From NCBI GenBank assembly GCA_963794325.1, contig CAWCDG010000004.1:1600001-1664000 (forward strand): 64,000 bases of DNA. The letters run 5' to 3'. Positions 58,867-64,000 of the stretch are shown piece by piece (the first letter of the stretch is position 1; each line of letters starts with the position of its first letter). A program made the translations under genes and the position numbers. Source of the DNA: an uncultured delta proteobacterium. GTDB lineage: Bacteria > Desulfobacterota > Binatia > Binatales > Binataceae. The notes beneath the pieces are model-generated. The model saw only the letters and a program-made list of their open reading frames with translations. It was not told the origin of the DNA and did not search any database.

Positions 58867-59790
58867 ATGAAGATTCTGGTGATGGGTGCGGGCGCGGTGG
58901 GAGCCTACTTCGGCGCGCGGATGCGAGCGTCGGGGGAGGACGTCGTTCTATGTGCGCGCGGCGAAAATCTGCGCGCGATTCGCGAGCACGGCCTCGACAT
59001 CACGAGTATCCGCGGCGATCTCCGAATCGACGTTACCGCCACCGACACACCGCGCGACTTCGCGCCGTACGATCTGATCCTGTTCTGCGTGAAGGCCTAC
59101 GACACCGACGCTGCCGCGCGGACGATTTCAGGATGCCTCCAGCCCGGCGGCGCGATCCTGACTTTACAGAACGGCGTCGAGAACGAAGCGAAGCTGGGCG
59201 CGATTTTCGGCCGCGAAGCAGTCATGGGCGGCAACGCGCGCGTCGGAGTCGAGATGGTCGCGCCCGGGAAAATCGTGCACTTAAGCACCGGCCATATCGA
59301 CTTCGGCGAGATCGACGGGCGCCAGACGGATCGCGTAAAAGCGATCGCCGACGTGTTTCAACGTGCTGGAATCCTCGGCCAGGTCTCGACCGACATCATG
59401 ACGGCGCGATGGGACAAGCTCATCTGGAATGGCGCGCTCAACACCGTGACGACGCTGACGCGCCGGCGCGTCGGCGAAATTCTCGACGACCCCGAAGGCC
59501 TGAAACTCCTGCGCACGTTGATGCAGGAGATCGTAAACGTCGCGCGAGCCGAGGGTGCGAAAATTTCCGACGATCGCATCGACGCGTACATCGCTCACTC
59601 GCAGAAAAATCTGCGCGCGCTGAAAACCTCGACTCAGCAGGACCTCGAACGCGGCAAGGCGCTGGAATACGAAGCTCTTAGTGGCGCAGTCGTGCGCGCC
59701 GCACGTCGTCACAAAATCAGCGTCCCAACCGTCGAAACGATCTACACGTTGTTGCGGCTTCTGGACGGTGCGCCGAAGAGGAGTACCTGA
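58867..59790 (+). CDS. panE: 2-dehydropantoate 2-reductase
   Basis: VMGAGAVG, FCVKAYD, LQNGV, WDKLIWN, TSTQQD, LEYEALSG. Confidence 0.9.
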   Translation: MKILVMGAGAVGAYFGARMRASGEDVVLCARGENLRAIREHGLDITSIRGDLRIDVTATDTPRDFAPYDLILFCVKAYDTDAAARTISGCLQPGGAILTLQNGVENEAKLGAIFGREAVMGGNARVGVEMVAPGKIVHLSTGHIDFGEIDGRQTDRVKAIADVFQRAGILGQVSTDIMTARWDKLIWNGALNTVTTLTRRRVGEILDDPEGLKLLRTLMQEIVNVARAEGAKISDDRIDAYIAHSQKNLRALKTSTQQDLERGKALEYEALSGAVVRAARRHKISVPTVETIYTLLRLLDGAPKRST

Positions 59791-59811
59791 GGATTGTGGT
59801 TGATGCCGAAG

Positions 59812-59855
59812 AACCTAACCCCTAACCCCTTCCCGAGCGGGAAGGGGGACCGGAT
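59812..59855. repeat. REP-like intergenic palindrome, family A copy 2
   Basis: AACCTAACCCCTAACCCCTTCCC-GAGC-GGGAAGGGGGACCGGAT between convergent panE and GST. Confidence 0.75.
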
Positions 59856-59884
59856 TTTGAGGGGACCGGATTTAATTCGAGTAA

Positions 59885-60604
59885 TTATCTCTTTTCGAAC
59901 TGCTTGTTGCCGAAAAGGATCTCCCATGCCTTTGGATCTTGCGGTGGCTGATTCGCCGCCGCAGCTGCGCGCATCTTCTCGACGATCTCGCTCATCACTG
60001 CGAAGCCGCGCTGGGTTGCGGGACGCGCGCGCAGCTCGTCGTACCATTTTTTCAGATTCGGGAAATCTTCGAGCGCCTGTCCCTGCATCGAATGCGGCAC
60101 CAGCCACGGGTAGGTTGCGATATCGGCAATCGAGTAATCGCCCGCCAGGTACTTCGCTTCGCCTAGCCGCTTGTCGATCACGCCATAGATGCGCTTGGCC
60201 TCGTTGGTGTAGCGGTTGATCGCATACTCGATTTTCTCGGGCGCGTAGCGGCGAAAGTGATGCGCCTGGCCGAGCATCGGGCCGACGCTCGCCATCTGGA
60301 ACATCAGCCATTGGATCACGTTGTATTTTCCGCGGGTGTCCGACGGCATCAGCTTGCCGGTCTTCTCGGCGAGGTACATCAGGATCGCGCCCGATTCGAA
60401 CATCGCGATCGGCTTCCCGCCGGGACCGTCGGGATCGATGATCGCGGGCATCCGATTGTTCGGGCTGATTTTCAGAAACTCGGGCTTGAACTGATCGCCC
60501 GCGCCGATATTGACCGGAATCACATTGTACTTGAGGCCGACTTCCTCGAGCATCCACGTGATCTTGTAGCCGTTGGGCGTTGGCCAGAAATATAAATCGA
60601 TCAT
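59885..60604 (-). CDS. Glutathione S-transferase, YfcG/YghU (Nu-class) type
   Basis: WPTPNGYKI, ISPNNRMPAI, FESGAIL, QWLMFQM, SIADIA. Confidence 0.92.
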   Translation of the reverse strand: MIDLYFWPTPNGYKITWMLEEVGLKYNVIPVNIGAGDQFKPEFLKISPNNRMPAIIDPDGPGGKPIAMFESGAILMYLAEKTGKLMPSDTRGKYNVIQWLMFQMASVGPMLGQAHHFRRYAPEKIEYAINRYTNEAKRIYGVIDKRLGEAKYLAGDYSIADIATYPWLVPHSMQGQALEDFPNLKKWYDELRARPATQRGFAVMSEIVEKMRAAAAANQPPQDPKAWEILFGNKQFEKR

Positions 60605-60799
60605 CCGCGACTCCTTGTTCGATTCGTCGAGAGCGTCCGTTTCATATTGCAACTTTGATCAGTCGCACGCGCGACGCAACATGAAAATCAGCCGAGGCGC
60701 GTAACCTTCAGCTCGGCATTCGCATCAAAATGCAGCGATGGTTAATCTTAAGGAAAGCCCCCCTCAGGTTACGACCGTCGTTTGAAGAGGAACATTCTG

Positions 60800-61742
60800 A
60801 TGCAAACGATCCGCTACCTTGCCACCGACGTTAACGGCCTGAAGATTTCGTATCGCGAAGCGGGTCGGACCGACGCTCCGACATTGCTGTTGTTGCACGG
60901 CTTTCCGACCGCTGGCCACATGTTCCGCGATCTGATTCCACTTCTCGCGGATAGCTTTCATCTTATAGCGCCTGACCTGCCGGGCTTTGGTCAGTCGGAC
61001 CTGCCGCCACGCCACAAGTTCAAATACACGTTCGAGAACCTTGCCGAGACGATTGATAATTTCATCGAAAAAATCGGACTGAAGCGCTTCGCTATCTACA
61101 TCTTTGATTACGGCGCTCCCGTGGGCTTGAGGATTGCTCTAAAGCATCCGGAACGCATATCCGCCATCGTCTCGCAGAACGGCAACGCCTACGAGGAAGG
61201 GTTGAGCGACGGCTGGAACCCGATCCGGGCATATTGGGAAGACTCGTCGCAGGCGAAGCGCGACGCACTCCGCGCCTTTCTCAAGCCCGAGACCACCGTT
61301 TGGCAATACACTCACGGCGTCTCCGACGCGACAAGGGTTTCGCCCGACGGATACTCGCTCGATAATTTCTACCTGGCCCGGCCTGGTGCAGACGAGGCGC
61401 AGCTCGACCTGTTCGGTGACTACAAGACTAACGTCGCGCTTTACCCGAGCCTTCCAGAAGTATTTCCGAGACCACAAGCCGCCACTCCTGGCGGTGTGGG
61501 GAAAGAACGACCCGTTCTTCCTGCCGCCCGGCGCGGAGGCCTTCAAGCGGGATATCCCCGGCGCACTCGTGCGCTTCTTCGATACCGGACACTTCGCGCT
61601 GGAGACGCACGCCGCCGAGATCGCGGCAGCGATCCGCGATTTTCTCTGCGTTAGTTTCCTGACTCGGTGCAAACTTGAACGACGTGGCCTATCAGTTGAT
61701 CGCGCAGCGCGAGGAGAGAACCCATGTCGCGTGAGAATGTGA
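60800..61742 (+). CDS. Alpha/beta hydrolase (epoxide hydrolase-like), apparent +1 frameshift near 61450; 3' end uncertain
   Basis: LLHGFP, APDLPGFG, FDYGAPVG, QNGNAY; continues in another frame FQKYFR...VWGKNDPFF...DTGHFALE. Confidence 0.82.
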
Positions 61743-62422
61743 GCGTCGTGCTGGTGCACGGCGCCTGGGCTGACGGATCGAGCTGGGCCAAAGTCATCGG
61801 GCCGCTGGCTGCCGAAGGCATCAGGGTGCTCGCGGCTCCGTTGCCCCTGACGTCGTTTGCTGAGGATACGGCCGCCGTTGAGCGCACGCTGGAGCGAGCT
61901 TCGGGGCCAGTCGTGCTTGCGGGCCACGCCTACGCTGGGGCTGTGATCGCGGCTGCACGAAGTGAGAAGGTGAAGGCGCTGGTTTACGTCGCTGCCCTTG
62001 CTCCTGACGAGGGCGAGACTGTCGCCGATGTCTTCAATCGTGCCAAGCCTCATCCGCTGGCTCCAAAGTTGACGCCGGACAGTCATGGGCTGATCTATCT
62101 GCCGCACGAGTCATTCGCAGCCGCGTTCGCGCAGAATGCCTCCGCTGATGAGTTGGCGCTGCTATCCGCGGTTCAGCGGCCGATTTCGCCCGCATGCATC
62201 ACGGCGCCTGTGAATCGTCCACTCTGGAAGGACCGCCCAACCTGGTTTCTGATGGCGGAGCAGGACCGCATGATCGTCCACGACACGCAGCGCTTTATGG
62301 CGGAGCGGATGCACGCCAAGGTGCGGTCGCATCCAGTAGATCACGCGCCGATCGTCACTGCGCCTGGCCTCGTCGTCGAGATCATACGCGAGGCCATTGG
62401 GGAGGCGATCGGCGGCGGTTGA
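61724..62422 (+). CDS. Alpha/beta hydrolase (Abhydrolase_6 type)
   Basis: LVHGAWADGSSW, LAGHAYAG (Ala at the usual Ser position), VYVAALAPDEGE, DHAP. Confidence 0.85.
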   Translation: MSRENVSVVLVHGAWADGSSWAKVIGPLAAEGIRVLAAPLPLTSFAEDTAAVERTLERASGPVVLAGHAYAGAVIAAARSEKVKALVYVAALAPDEGETVADVFNRAKPHPLAPKLTPDSHGLIYLPHESFAAAFAQNASADELALLSAVQRPISPACITAPVNRPLWKDRPTWFLMAEQDRMIVHDTQRFMAERMHAKVRSHPVDHAPIVTAPGLVVEIIREAIGEAIGGG

Positions 62423-62756
62423 TTACCTTCGTTGTGTATGCGCCGCGAGCAGCGGTTTCTCGTCGCGATCTATTTGGGCGCAAACAAGTTCGACCGGTTT
62501 TCGCATCGACAACCGCAAAAGTTGGAGCTGATAGTTGGCGAGGTGCAGCCTTATCGCGCGTAAACTCAACTCAGTTTGCGTCAAAAGTTTCGCGCATTCC
62601 GGCACTTCGCTCATCCATCGAGCTTAGGCCGATGAGGCGCGCGTCCCCAAATCTCAGAGGTTCCAGAGAGAACATATTTATTATTTGTATTGTAGCTTTT
62701 GACACAGGGAGAGGATTCGCGGTTGAAGTTTCACGCATGTTGCTCGAAGCCCGGAA

Positions 62757-62812
62757 CCCTCACCTACCGGCGGCTGCGCCCGCCGGCCTCCTCTCCCGTG
62801 TAACGGGCGAGG
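62757..62812. repeat. REP-like palindrome, family B copy 2
   Basis: CCCTCACC...CCGGCGG/CCGCCGG...CCTCTCCCGT-GTA-ACGGGCGAGG. Confidence 0.55.
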
Positions 62813-62905
62813 TAAGATTCGGACGCTTTCTTCCCAAAAGTTCTAACAGGGACGAAGTCCCGCATCTTCGTTTTGTATAGATACTGGGTGCAGGGGTCAC
62901 CCCTG

Positions 62906-64000
62906 CTAATTCGGTACGCTGTCGGCGTCGCCTTTGCGGACGCCCATCAGGTAGGCTTGGATGAACTCGTCGATCGCGCCGTCGAGCACTGCGCTGGTGT
63001 TGCCGACCTCGACGCCGGTGCGATGGTCCTTAACCATCTGGTAGGGCTGCAGCACGTACGAACGAATCTGGCTGCCCCACGCAATTTCTTTTTTGTCCTT
63101 GCTGAATTTCTCGAGCTCTTCTTTTTTCTTGCGCTGCTCGAGTTCGAACAATCGCGCGCGCAATATCTTCATCGCCATCGCGCGGTTCTTATGCTGCGAG
63201 CGCTCATTCTGGCAGGTGACGACAATATTGGTCGGGAGATGGGTAAAGCGCACCGCCGAGTCGGTCTTGTTGACGTGCTGGCCGCCCGCGCCCGACGCGC
63301 GAAACGTATCGATTCGCAAATCAGCGGGATTGATCACTATCTCGATATCGTCATCGACCTCGGGGAAGACAAACACCGATGCGAATGACGTATGCCGCCG
63401 CGCGTTCGAGTCGTACGGCGAGATTCGCACCAGCCGATGTATCCCCGCCTCGGCCCGCAGATATCCGTAGGCGAAGTCGCCCTCGACCGTGACCGTCGCG
63501 CTCTTGATTCCCGCGCCGTCACCCGGCTGCAAGTCCGCAATCTCGGTTTTGAAGCCGCGCCGCTCGGCCCATCGCAGATAAAGCCGCAGGAGCATCTCGG
63601 CCCAGTCCTGCGCCTCCTGACCGCCGGCGCCCGGATGTATCGAAAGGATCGCGCCGAGGCGATCGTACTCGCCGCTCAGCATCAGCCGCAGCTCCTGGCG
63701 ATCGAGCTCGGCCCGCGATGCGTCGAGGGCGGACGCCGTCTCGCGGGCCGCTTCGGAATCCTCGCCACCTTCTTCTTCGGCCATCTGCAGGAACACGCGC
63801 GCCTCGTCGAGCTTGTCGCGCAGCATCTTGTAGCCCGCGAGCTGAGCGCGAATCTGTTCCTGCTCCTTGAGCGCGGCCTGCGCGGTCTCCTGTCTGTCCC
63901 AGAAGTCGGGCTTGGCGGATTGTTCGATAAGCTGGTTCTGGCGGGCGGTCAGTGCGGGGACGTCAAAGACGCCTCCCGAGCTTTTCGGCGCGGTCGTCGA
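62906..64000 (-). CDS. prfB: Peptide chain release factor 2 (5' end outside window), programmed +1 frameshift
   Basis: GIHRLVRISPY, GAGGQHVNKTDSAVR, WGSQIRSY; upstream frame reads GGG AGG CGT CTT TGA C. Confidence 0.96.
   Translation of the reverse strand, partial: STTAPKSSGGVFDVPALTARQNQLIEQSAKPDFWDRQETAQAALKEQEQIRAQLAGYKMLRDKLDEARVFLQMAEEEGGEDSEAARETASALDASRAELDRQELRLMLSGEYDRLGAILSIHPGAGGQEAQDWAEMLLRLYLRWAERRGFKTEIADLQPGDGAGIKSATVTVEGDFAYGYLRAEAGIHRLVRISPYDSNARRHTSFASVFVFPEVDDDIEIVINPADLRIDTFRASGAGGQHVNKTDSAVRFTHLPTNIVVTCQNERSQHKNRAMAMKILRARLFELEQRKKKEELEKFSKDKKEIAWGSQIRSYVLQPYQMVKDHRTGVEVGNTSAVLDGAIDEFIQAYLMGVRKGDADSVPN
63962..63977 (-). promoter_or_regulatory. RF2 programmed frameshift cassette
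   Basis: Minus strand GGGAGG-CGT-CTT-TGA-C: internal SD, slippery CTT-T, UGA-C stop. Confidence 0.92.

Noticed and set aside
63962-63977. In-frame stop in prfB as an error or novelty
   Set aside because: It is the well-known RF2 autoregulatory frameshift.

Overview
GC-rich bacterial chromosomal window in four blocks. (1) 1-26.8 kb: a Wzx/Wzy-type exopolysaccharide cluster with Wza, a Wzz/GumC co-polymerase, an ExeA-LysM ATPase, a probable BY pseudokinase, WbpA/B/D/E-like sugar enzymes, two FemAB-like GNATs, deacetylases and two secreted beta-helix proteins. (2) 26.8-36.7 kb: a general-stress island (DUF1328, CsbD, BON, DUF6496, DUF3309, DUF3185-like, CHASE3 and MEDS hybrid kinases) beside a degenerate NtrC-type regulator. 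I read 11 correctly spaced sigma-54 -24/-12 motifs in front of the units of blocks 1-2. (3) 36.7-45.3 kb, just 3' of tmRNA: the best novelty candidate. Three membrane-anchored TIR proteins with different periplasmic modules (TolB_N+Sel1, Sel1, unknown domain+Gln-rich tail) are co-oriented with a TPR-SLOG-class III nucleotide cyclase, suggesting a Toll-like or Thoeris-like two-step second-messenger system. (4) 45.6-64 kb: mostly housekeeping genes (ssrA, smpB, htpX, lemA, Hsp20, GH-GT2 + ABC exporter, coaE, cobS, panE, GST, prfB with its programmed +1 frameshift). Six apparent single-base insertions, one in smpB, suggest uncorrected sequencing errors. All family assignments come from motif recognition by eye; no database searches were run.
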